64,000 nucleotides of DNA from Ignavibacteriales bacterium (GTDB lineage: Bacteria; Bacteroidota; Ignavibacteria; Ignavibacteriales; SURF-24), in NCBI GenBank assembly GCA_036261625.1, contig DATAKL010000009.1:1990-65989 (forward strand), given 5' to 3'. This document shows positions 42,586-51,322 of the stretch, piece after piece (the stretch's first letter is position 1; the number at the start of each line of letters is the position of its first letter). The translations under genes were made by a program, and so were the position numbers. A model generated the notes under the pieces. The model searched no databases and was not told where the DNA came from. It saw nothing but the letters and a program-made list of their open reading frames with translations.

Positions 42586-44011
42586 GGTAATGTCTTTATC
42601 TTTGTGTAAAAAATAAAAAGAAGGAGGTGCCGCTCCAGTTTATTAAATTTGAATTGCAAAAAACAAAATTTAGTAAAAAAGGAGACAGCACCATGAGCAC
42701 AAAGTTAAATGCATCTAGTCAAAAAAACAAATTATTTGAAGAAATGTTAGAGCTGGAAGGAGGAGGCGGCCTCTTCCGGGAATTCTTTAAGCGAGGAATG
42801 GAAAAGCTCCTTCAGGAAAGCCTTGAAGGAGAGGTAACGGACTTCCTTGGCCGCAGCTGGTATGAGCACAACCCGGAGGGGAAAAGAAAAGGCTACCGTA
42901 ACGGATACTATGACCGGCAGGTAAAAACAAGCGAGGGTCTCCTGGAACTTAGGCAGCCTAGAGTACGGGACACCGATGAAGAGTTTAGAAGCAGGATCCT
43001 GGAAAGGCTTGACAGCCTGGAGGACAACCTCAAGTACCTCTCCCGTGAGATGTACATTAGGGGCCTCTCAACCCGTGACATAGAGGATACCTTTAGAGAT
43101 GATAGCGGAGAGGCACTTTTGTCCAAGAGCTCCGTAAGCCGCCTAAACTCTGAAATGATAAAGGAATATGAGGAGTTTACCTGCCGTGACCTCTCGGAAC
43201 TGGATGTGGTTTATCTCTTTATTGACGGGGTTTATGAGGCTGTTCGCAGGTTTACGGGTAATAGGGCCTTGCTCTGTGCCTGGGGCATATTGTCTGACGG
43301 GACAAAGCGCTTAATCCATGTAGCGGCAGTTGAAAGTGAGAGTAAGGCATCCTGGGAGGTGTTCTTTGAGGATATGACGAGCCGTGGCATGAGGCATCCA
43401 CTGCTCGTTGTAAGTGACGGGGGTAAAGGGGCAGGTGCTGCCATAGTAAAAAGCTTCCCCAAGGCTGACCGGCAGAGATGCTTGGCCCACAAGCTCAGGA
43501 ACATTGCCTCAAAGCTTCCAAGGGACCGCCAGGCTGAGGTGCTTGCAGCTATAAAAGGGATCTATTATGCCTCTGATTACGAGGCTGCAAAGGTCCTGGC
43601 TTCTGATTTCATTGACAAGAATATTGACAACTACCCCTCTGCAGTCAAGTGCTTCAGTGAGGATCTGGATGCCTGCCTGGTCAATCTCAATTATCCCATG
43701 AGTCACAGGAAGTTCATTCGCACTACAAACCTCTTAGAAAGGGCATTTGAGGAAGAGAAAAGAAGGACCAAGGTGTTCCCCCAGCATGCAAGTGAGAAGG
43801 CCCTTACGGGTCTTGTCTTCTCTGTCCTTTACAGGGCATCACAGAACTGGAAGAGAATTGGGATGAGGGATGATGAACTGAAAATACTGAAGAACATCAG
43901 GAAACTGATGACTAATGAAGAATCAACCGGAGACTATATTTCATATAGACTGGCAGCGTAGAGCCTCCTATGAAAAATATTTTTACACAATAAAAAAGAC
44001 TTGACCACTGG
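42586..44011 (+). mobile_element. IS256-family insertion sequence (~1.43 kb) with 9-bp target duplication
   Basis: ATTCAGTCC occurs at 42577-42585 and 44012-44020. Imperfect terminal inverted repeats: GTCTTTATCTTTGTGTAAAAA near the left end vs the reverse complement of TTTTTACACAATAAAAAAGAC near the right end. Single transposase ORF. Boundaries uncertain by about 6 bp. Confidence 0.8.
42693..43961 (+). CDS. IS256-family (Mutator-type) transposase
   Basis: 422 aa from the ATG with AGGAGA upstream. Motifs DGVY, VVSDGGKG and RQRCLAHKLRNI are typical of Transposase_mut. Confidence 0.9.
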   Translation: MSTKLNASSQKNKLFEEMLELEGGGGLFREFFKRGMEKLLQESLEGEVTDFLGRSWYEHNPEGKRKGYRNGYYDRQVKTSEGLLELRQPRVRDTDEEFRSRILERLDSLEDNLKYLSREMYIRGLSTRDIEDTFRDDSGEALLSKSSVSRLNSEMIKEYEEFTCRDLSELDVVYLFIDGVYEAVRRFTGNRALLCAWGILSDGTKRLIHVAAVESESKASWEVFFEDMTSRGMRHPLLVVSDGGKGAGAAIVKSFPKADRQRCLAHKLRNIASKLPRDRQAEVLAAIKGIYYASDYEAAKVLASDFIDKNIDNYPSAVKCFSEDLDACLVNLNYPMSHRKFIRTTNLLERAFEEEKRRTKVFPQHASEKALTGLVFSVLYRASQNWKRIGMRDDELKILKNIRKLMTNEESTGDYISYRLAA

Positions 44012-44878
44012 ATTCAGTCCTTTTATTTTGGAGTACTTTATACTATGAGTCAGCCTCTTATGTACCCGTAAAATCAGCCTGAAAACATAAATTTCAGGCA
44101 AATCTTTCGGTTACATTTACTTTTGAGGCAACGAATCATTTTTCATACCCTCATGGTTACATTATTTATGAGTCAATTCGTTCAACTCGATATTTAATTT
44201 ATTACTTGACAGCAAGAAACAATATAGTTATTTTAAGCTTAAAAGCATTAAGAAAGACACCTATAGTAGGTATTAAGAATTTATTGGCCAATTGCAGATA
44301 CTATTTCATTTATTCCATTCCCAAAAATAATTCATATCAAAAGTATTTTTGTTCGCCTTAACGTCGGCAAATAAATTTCCCTTTAATAAGTAAAATAGAA
44401 CTAATCAAAACAAAGTCTAAATAAGTATCTGCAAAGATGAATACTATTACTCCGGTATTAACTTTAATAATAAAGCATTTCCCGAGGGCGTTCTTTCTTA
44501 TCGGTAACATTTATAAGAGCGCATATTCAAGGAATCAGATGGGACCCAAGTTAAAAATCATTATAAGCTTTGAAAAGAAGTCTTAAGCATATTTGCAGTT
44601 TTGGTATTATACTCAGTCTCATTTGTATAGGGAAAGCAGTTATAATCCTTAATCGAATGAAACACAAAGCAATTAGAGTTTTCATTGTGGTCATATTCTT
44701 AAGGTCCTTTCATTAGGTCGAATACAAAAAAATAGCTTTATTCACCAAAAATATTGATAACTCAGAATAGTCAAATCTTATTTTCAGTTCTGAAATGTTT
44801 ACAGGTGTTTCCATTCAGTAATGTGGGTTCTTACTAAATGTGAGTTTATTTTTGAATCCCTCTTAAAAAATAACAGTT

Positions 44879-46216
44879 ATGAAAAAAAAGCTGATTCACC
44901 TGATACTATTATTCCCCATGTTTTTCGGCTGTGAATCCTCCACAATGCCTCCGGCAAGTCTGCCATTCACCATATCGGCTGAGAAGGTGTCCTGCAAGGA
45001 TGCATGGCTTAAAATCTCCTTATGTAACGTTTCTCTTCCCAAGCTGCTGTTTATGAGGTCGAGTGACTCTGACGGTTATAATGTACATCATATTTCGACA
45101 AAAGACACGATGTTCCACTTCAAAGGGCTTATTCCAGGCAAGGAATATACATATTGGTTTTATGTAAGTGATAATCAAGCCCTGTCTAAAGATGATTTGA
45201 AAAATACAAGCAACATCCTGACTATAAGGACGTTGGATACAACAAGCTATTATTTCACCTGGAAGGTGGACTCCATCGGGACCACACAAAGCCTTTTGAA
45301 CGGCATCTGGGGCAGCAGCAGCAATGATGTATGGGCTGTTGGAAGATTCTACAATGGGCATTATCCGACTTCATATATAGCACATTACAACGGTTATGGC
45401 TGGACACAGAATTATTCCCCCCTTTTTACCACAGGTATCCAGGGTGGCAATCTTAATGGAATATATGGCCTTTCCAAGGATAAGATGTGGGTTGTTGGAG
45501 AAGGTCTCTCTACAATTCCACTTGAAAAAAGAGATACAACCTGGGCATTCGCCGCATACTGGAATAAAGACAAGTGGGTGGATATCTCGCCCAAATTCTT
45601 TAATGTTCGTCTGTGGGCAGTCTGGGCATATGATGAATACAATGTGTGGGCAGTCGACCTTTCGGGATCAATCCTTTATTATGACGGTAAGAACTGGACG
45701 GAGCAGTATAATAATCCCGGCTATATGCTCTACGACATCCATGGTACAGATCCAAAACATTTATATGCTGCAGGGGCTGATAACAGCTACTCAAGAGGGA
45801 TTCTCCTGAAGTTTAACGGTACAGGCTGGCAAAGGGTTCCGACATCATTTTATGATGCTCATGGTCCCTTCCATTCAGTATGGGTGGAATCGGAAAAGAC
45901 GGTCTGGGTTGCAGGTATAGGCATGATACTCCATGGTGATGGAGCTGATAGTGATGACTGGGAAGCCCAATGGGTAAATTACGGGCTTCGAAAAATAAGG
46001 GGACTCTCAGGAAACGATATCCTTACCGGCGGATACAATGGCGCAATTGGGCATTTTAACGGAAATACGCTGAAAATAAATATGGATATATATGCGGACC
46101 AGCAGGAGTTCTATGTCAATGATATTCTTGCTTTCAAAGACAAGGTGTTCTTTGCAGGGCAGGGAGGAACAGGTTTTATAAACAGAAAAGGCGTAGTCTT
46201 TATTGGAACGAGATAA
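44879..46216 (+). CDS. lipoprotein with N-terminal Fn3-like domain and beta-propeller-like repeats
   Basis: Signal peptide ending FFGC. Repeated ~45-aa units carrying L.G(I/V)WG....(V/M)W(A/V)VG (e.g. LNGIWGSSSNDVWAVG, LNGIYGLSKDKMWVVG, VWAYDEYNVWAVD, VWVESEKTVWVAG). Confidence 0.65.
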   Translation: MKKKLIHLILLFPMFFGCESSTMPPASLPFTISAEKVSCKDAWLKISLCNVSLPKLLFMRSSDSDGYNVHHISTKDTMFHFKGLIPGKEYTYWFYVSDNQALSKDDLKNTSNILTIRTLDTTSYYFTWKVDSIGTTQSLLNGIWGSSSNDVWAVGRFYNGHYPTSYIAHYNGYGWTQNYSPLFTTGIQGGNLNGIYGLSKDKMWVVGEGLSTIPLEKRDTTWAFAAYWNKDKWVDISPKFFNVRLWAVWAYDEYNVWAVDLSGSILYYDGKNWTEQYNNPGYMLYDIHGTDPKHLYAAGADNSYSRGILLKFNGTGWQRVPTSFYDAHGPFHSVWVESEKTVWVAGIGMILHGDGADSDDWEAQWVNYGLRKIRGLSGNDILTGGYNGAIGHFNGNTLKINMDIYADQQEFYVNDILAFKDKVFFAGQGGTGFINRKGVVFIGTR

Positions 46217-46276
46217 CCTAGGGTGAATAATCAGTTCTAAATAAATTATTCATTTCTCAAAAACCAAAGGTGTATC

Positions 46277-49200
46277 ATGAAACGTTTCATCTCTGTACTC
46301 ATGTTTGCTTTTTCGGTTATATTCAGCATTCAGAATGCCTCTTTATTCGGCAATGAAACTCCCAAAGTGAAAGTTTTTTTTGACATGCTGAATAGTTACA
46401 CCAGCGCTGCTGTTTATGAAGTAAAAAATGAAGCAGCGCCACCTCCTGGGGATAAAGTTTTGTGGGAATTAAAACCTTCTACTTATAAGGGAGCAATCAG
46501 ATATTCTTATGATGGTAAGGATTATTGGGAATGGGATTATTATGGCAGTTCAAGGTATCGAGTTGGTACAGGGGATTTTTATGGCGGAACAATAACAGGA
46601 GAAATAGCAAGATCGTTTTACCAATGGATGCTTCCGGAAACTGATATTCCTGCTGATGCCGAAATAACTAGTGTAAAATTAGAGTTCACATTATATCAAT
46701 ACCCTCCAACTTCAAACCCTCAATTAGTAAATCTTTATAAAGTAACTGGGTTAAATTTATTGAGTGCTGAGAATACTTGGAAATCAATAAATTCGGAATC
46801 GGGAGGTATTCTATTAACTAATACTCCAATTTCTGTATCAGGCTCATTCCTTACTGTCGATATTACGCCAAATACTCCATATTTTGACACCTTTGTTAGC
46901 GAACTAAAGAAAAGCCTTGCTTCATATCATTCTTTTACTTTAGGAATTATTTCTGCAAATGAAAGTGACCAAAATAAGTTTATTATTATTGATGTCGCCT
47001 CACAATATTCTAAATTAACGATAACATTTAATTCACCAACAAGACAGCTTACTGCCCGAAATCAATTGGGGACAGAGGATACACAATATAATCAGGGGGA
47101 AATAGCTATTGATAATGTTTGGCAAAATTCCCCATTCTCCATTTCAGCAAAGTGGAGCACCACACACATGGTTGAGGCTCCTCAAAAGGTGGAAGATAAC
47201 AATAAGGATGATTGGAAATTTACTAATTGGGTAGGAGGTCCAACTTCCTATAGTCAATCAGTTAAACTGATGAGCAATACTACACTTACTACAAACTTCA
47301 CTCAACTATATAAACTTACAGTTAAAAATAATTTGGAGGGAATAGGGGAACAGGAAATAATGCTCAATGGAGGAAAAGTTATCTCTGGACATACCGAAAC
47401 TGATATTGTCTCTGGCACACAATATAATATTTCAGCCTTTGAGATTCTTACAAGGGAAGATGGCGAAGATTATCAATTTAGCATTTGGAGTGACGGGGTA
47501 ACCACGGCTGCGCATCCACCCATAACAATTAATTCTACAGAAACTCTTACGGCCTATTATAAGCATAGCAAATATAGCGGCACTTCTACTGCCTTCAGCA
47601 ACTCCAGTCAGAGAAAGATAGTCCGGACCCCCAACGGCAGCCTGCACCTGGTATATGAAAGCATGGGGAAGGTGTGGTATGAAATGAGTACGGATAACGG
47701 CGTAAGCTGGAGGCTTATGAACGGGGGCAAACCCCTGGTAAGTGAGGATGCAAAACTCCCTTCAATTGAAGCCTATGACATCGATTCAAGAATATTCATA
47801 ACATTTCAGAAGAAACTCGAAAATGGCTTTCCTCCCGACTCATATTTAATTGAGCTTATGGTATATAATGTTGACGGTGACAGTCCGCAGGACATACTTG
47901 ATGCCTGGCAGTCAGCCCCATACAGCTATAATGCAAATCCTGTTGTGGCCTTTGATTTTAACCAGTATGTATCCGACAGGGTTGCAGTGGCTTTTCAGGA
48001 TAATTCAAGCTCTGCTCCCGGAATACTTTACCGGCTGGCAGGTCTTAACAGCACAAATTTACATTACGAGTGGAAGAACAGTGCCGCAAGAATAAACGGA
48101 ACTGACGAAAATTCGGTTAATCCGTCAATAAAATCCATATATTACAGCGCAAACATTTCCAAGTATAACACCGATCAAAAATTCCACATCGCCTTTGAGC
48201 AGCAGGGCAACGGGAGTTCAGTTAATTACTCATTACTGAATATAAACCGGTCGGGTGCAGCTTCTGTTTCAGCTCCTGTTGACATTTCTTCCGACATATT
48301 TCCTACCTCCACAGATGAGAACGAGAAGCCCCTTGTTACGGTTGTAAACGGAGTGCCTTACATAAGCTGGCTTCATTACAGCGACTGGACCTACCTGCAT
48401 GAAGCAGCATTGGCAAGAAGTACCTCGGGCTCATGGGACTTATTCGATACTTACGGAAAAGAAGACGACATTACCTCAGTGCATATGAATAATGTGGGAC
48501 AGAATGACTTTGTACTTGCCTGGAATGTCGACGGCTATGGAAACGAGTTCGTTCGAAGCACCTCGATGTCAACCCCCTATTTTACAAATACCTCCGGGCG
48601 TGACTTACAGGTTGCAAACGGATCTGACTTCACGAATACGAGACTCATCTCATTTATGACTGATGCAGTTCCATATTATTTCACCACATCAAATCCCATG
48701 TCAACAGGGACTCTGGCCAAGGTAACTCTTTCCAAAGAAACAGATGGACAGAATACCTCCAAAACACTAGAAAGCCGTACAGGAATAATAAAGATCAATG
48801 ATGCCTCTTTTAGGGCAACTCTAGGGGAAATAAAGGCAGGAGACAGTTATGTCAAGTTCAGAGATATAGAGAATGATTTCACGACTGAAAAAGAAACCTT
48901 CCCTTATGCACTCGAATCCAAGGAATTTAACACCTCAGATAAGACCGTACTTAGCTATACCTCAGAATTCACAATGAATGATTCAGTTAAGATGTCTTCA
49001 ATTTTCCCGAAGGATCTTGAATCTTTGACTTTTTCTCTAGAGTTAGTTGACGCAAAAAGCAATGAGCTCCTAAAAAGGCTCAGTTCCAGAAAATTTAACT
49101 CTAACTCCATTTCCATGGGGAAACCTCAGGCCTTTAGGCTTGACTTAAATGGAATAGGAAGCCGCACCGTTAAGCTCAGGATTTCATATGACATGAAGAC

Positions 49201-49573
49201 AAAAGATTCCGTAAAGGTTGAATATAAACTCCTGAACTACTATAAGCCTGAAGGCAAAATAAAGAAAGGCAGTTATGTTGACCTCTCATTCAGTGAAGTA
49301 AAACCTGTAACGGAATACGGCTTAAGCCAGAATTATCCTAATCCATTCAATCCTACAACAGTCATAAACTACCAGATCCCGAAGGCATCCAAAGTTATGC
49401 TAAAAGTCTATGACATGCTGGGTAAAGAAGTCATAACTCTTGTGAACGAATACAAGGAGCAGGGAAGGTATTCTGTTCAATTCAATGCCTCAAACCTCCC
49501 GAGCGGGACATATATCTATGAGATCCGTGCCAATGACTTCGTCAAGAGCGGCAAGATGATGCTTTTGAAATGA
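46277..49573 (+). CDS. 1098-aa secreted protein with BNR-like motif and T9SS C-terminal sorting domain
   Basis: Signal peptide. STDNGVSW (BNR/Asp-box). C-terminal Por_Secre_tail pattern LSQNYPNPFNPTTVINYQIP...GTYIYEIRANDFVKSGKMMLLK. Confidence 0.85.
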   Translation: MKRFISVLMFAFSVIFSIQNASLFGNETPKVKVFFDMLNSYTSAAVYEVKNEAAPPPGDKVLWELKPSTYKGAIRYSYDGKDYWEWDYYGSSRYRVGTGDFYGGTITGEIARSFYQWMLPETDIPADAEITSVKLEFTLYQYPPTSNPQLVNLYKVTGLNLLSAENTWKSINSESGGILLTNTPISVSGSFLTVDITPNTPYFDTFVSELKKSLASYHSFTLGIISANESDQNKFIIIDVASQYSKLTITFNSPTRQLTARNQLGTEDTQYNQGEIAIDNVWQNSPFSISAKWSTTHMVEAPQKVEDNNKDDWKFTNWVGGPTSYSQSVKLMSNTTLTTNFTQLYKLTVKNNLEGIGEQEIMLNGGKVISGHTETDIVSGTQYNISAFEILTREDGEDYQFSIWSDGVTTAAHPPITINSTETLTAYYKHSKYSGTSTAFSNSSQRKIVRTPNGSLHLVYESMGKVWYEMSTDNGVSWRLMNGGKPLVSEDAKLPSIEAYDIDSRIFITFQKKLENGFPPDSYLIELMVYNVDGDSPQDILDAWQSAPYSYNANPVVAFDFNQYVSDRVAVAFQDNSSSAPGILYRLAGLNSTNLHYEWKNSAARINGTDENSVNPSIKSIYYSANISKYNTDQKFHIAFEQQGNGSSVNYSLLNINRSGAASVSAPVDISSDIFPTSTDENEKPLVTVVNGVPYISWLHYSDWTYLHEAALARSTSGSWDLFDTYGKEDDITSVHMNNVGQNDFVLAWNVDGYGNEFVRSTSMSTPYFTNTSGRDLQVANGSDFTNTRLISFMTDAVPYYFTTSNPMSTGTLAKVTLSKETDGQNTSKTLESRTGIIKINDASFRATLGEIKAGDSYVKFRDIENDFTTEKETFPYALESKEFNTSDKTVLSYTSEFTMNDSVKMSSIFPKDLESLTFSLELVDAKSNELLKRLSSRKFNSNSISMGKPQAFRLDLNGIGSRTVKLRISYDMKTKDSVKVEYKLLNYYKPEGKIKKGSYVDLSFSEVKPVTEYGLSQNYPNPFNPTTVINYQIPKASKVMLKVYDMLGKEVITLVNEYKEQGRYSVQFNASNLPSGTYIYEIRANDFVKSGKMMLLK

Positions 49574-49598
49574 CCTGCTCAGGATAATTTGATTGTAG

Positions 49599-49626
49599 GG
49601 CAGAGGCTTTTAACAGGGCTTCTGCC
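49599..49626 (+). terminator. hairpin after the T9SS cargo gene, preceded by GTAG
   Basis: GGCAGAGGC-loop-GCTTCTGCC (9 bp with one G-U) followed by TTTAT. Context TTGTAGGGCAGAGGC. Confidence 0.6.
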
Positions 49627-49680
49627 TTTATATTAAGTTTAATTTCAGCTTCTTAGCGGAATTAACCACACGATTATACT

Positions 49681-49742
49681 GCTTAAAATCCTCAAATGTC
49701 ATAAAACAGGTTATAATTGATTTTCAGTTTGCGGAGCGAATA
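49681..49742 (+). repeat. ~55-60 bp direct repeat, copy B
   Basis: GCTTAAAATCCTCAAATGTCATAAAACAGGTTATAATTGATTTTCAGTTTGCGGAGCGAATA. Partner of 41451-41502. Confidence 0.7.
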
Positions 49743-49819
49743 TTTAACTTCTGAAAAGCACACCAGTTGAATGAAAGGTTATATTCAATTATATTGAAAC
49801 TGAGAAAGGAGACTCTAAA

Positions 49820-50056
49820 ATGGCGAATGAACAATCAGGTTCTAATCCTCTTGAGAATATAAAGAATTTAAGTGTTGCTGAGCGGATACTCATTGTAGAA
49901 GAGATCTGGGACAGCATCTTAAATTCAAACGAGGAATTCCCGCTGTCTGATGAACAGAAAAATGAATTGGATAAACGTTTAGAAGCCCATGGTAAAAATC
50001 CAAACGAGGTAAAACCCTGGAGTGAAGTCAGAGACAATATCAGAAAAAAACTATGA
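49820..50056 (+). CDS. putative addiction-module antitoxin (TIGR02574/Unstab_antitox-like)
   Basis: LSVAERILIVEEIWDSI motif. 78 aa. 4-nt overlap (ATGA) with the downstream toxin gene. Confidence 0.7.
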   Translation: MANEQSGSNPLENIKNLSVAERILIVEEIWDSILNSNEEFPLSDEQKNELDKRLEAHGKNPNEVKPWSEVRDNIRKKL

Positions 50057-50352
50057 ATTATAAGGTGTTGTTTCGGGCTGAAGCTGAAGAGGAACTCCTT
50101 GAGGCTGTTGGCTGGTATGAAGACAGAATGAAAGGATTAGGATCAGCCTTTCTTTTAAGTATTGAAGCCGCAATTGATTCAATTTCCCGCAATCCCGAAT
50201 CCTATCCCAAAATCTATAAAAATATAAGACGTGCCCTGATTAGAAGATTTCCCTTTGGAATTTGTTATTTTGTTGAAAAAAACCGCGTCATAGTGCTTGC
50301 TGTTTTCCATGTACATAGAAATCCTAAAGAATGGAAAAAACGAATATCGTAA
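50053..50352 (+). CDS. RelE/ParE-family toxin
   Basis: 99 aa. A..E..EA..WY pattern at the N-terminus and RFPFGICYFVEKNRVIVLAVFHVHRNP at the C-terminus, typical of ParE_toxin. Confidence 0.7.
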   Translation: MNYKVLFRAEAEEELLEAVGWYEDRMKGLGSAFLLSIEAAIDSISRNPESYPKIYKNIRRALIRRFPFGICYFVEKNRVIVLAVFHVHRNPKEWKKRIS

Positions 50353-50387
50353 AATCAATTTGTTAATAACACTACTGAGACAATTAT

Positions 50388-50675
50388 ATGAATCTGCTTG
50401 AATTAAGACAGAAAAGGGATCGCATTTTGCAGATAGCATCTCTTTATGGGGCAAAGGATTTGCGGATTTTTGGTTCTATTGCCCGAAACGAGCAGACTGA
50501 AAGCAGTGATGTGGACATTTTAGCAAAAATGGAAAAAGGGACAACCTTGTTAAAGCATATTTCCCTGGTTCATGCACTTGAAGAGGAATTGGGAGTAAAA
50601 GTAGATGTAGTTTCTGAAAGTACTATTAAAGGCAGAATTAAAGAAAATATTTTGCATGAGGCAGTTAAGCTTTGA
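50388..50675 (+). CDS. MNT-type nucleotidyltransferase antitoxin (copy 2, orphan)
   Basis: 84/95 aa identical to copy 1 by eye, and about half of the nt differences are synonymous. Only a few-nt stub of the HEPN partner follows (TTGAGAAATGA..). Confidence 0.85.
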   Translation: MNLLELRQKRDRILQIASLYGAKDLRIFGSIARNEQTESSDVDILAKMEKGTTLLKHISLVHALEEELGVKVDVVSESTIKGRIKENILHEAVKL

Positions 50676-50784
50676 GAAATGACTAGCCTTGGAATTAAAT
50701 GTATTTTCGTAGGTGAAATGCTGCACTTGTAATTTAATTTCATAAACCATAAGTTTTAATACCAACAATTCAGGATTCTGGAAT

Positions 50785-51225
50785 ATGAAAACAATGCGCC
50801 TGTTCGTTTTAGCGGCTCTGTTATCTTTTCAATTCGTTTCCGGACTGTCTGCTCAATCAAATCCTATAAATATTAAGGCATACCTTACTGTCAGCTTCCA
50901 GGGCAAGGCAATTGAAAGCAAGCAATTCCATACGGCCAGTATCGCGGACAGGATTTCAGGCATACTTACTTCAGAAGGGATACAGCTGCTTTCAAATGTA
51001 GACATTGGGAAACCGGGTGAGCCCTGCCTTAATATCTATGTGACACTGGATGACAGCCTGAGAATTAATGCCATAAGTTTTGAAGACGGCGGCAATAACT
51101 CTGTATTATCATTTTCCTACCCTGAACTTTCATATCCATACAGGAATACTACAGAAATAACCCGCTCCGTACGCAAATATGTAAAAGATTACATCAAGTC
51201 CTCTCCTAAAGAGAACAGAAAATAA
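50785..51225 (+). CDS. secreted hypothetical protein
   Basis: 146 aa. Signal peptide MKTMRLFVLAALLSFQFVSGLSAQ. No recognisable motif. Confidence 0.45.
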   Translation: MKTMRLFVLAALLSFQFVSGLSAQSNPINIKAYLTVSFQGKAIESKQFHTASIADRISGILTSEGIQLLSNVDIGKPGEPCLNIYVTLDDSLRINAISFEDGGNNSVLSFSYPELSYPYRNTTEITRSVRKYVKDYIKSSPKENRK

Positions 51226-51322
51226 CACTTCTAAAAATGAAACAAAGAATTAGTCCCGATGTTATAAGTTATTAGAAACCTCAAATTAGCAGCATTTCCA
51301 ATTGAAACAGGGGGACTGACCA

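Noticed and set aside
41451-49742. Integron attC sites or a gene-cassette array, considered because TA genes are frequent integron cassettes
   Set aside because: The repeats lack the R''/R' cores (RYYYAAC ... GTTRRRY) and the imperfect-palindrome layout of attC. No intI-like integrase is in the window.
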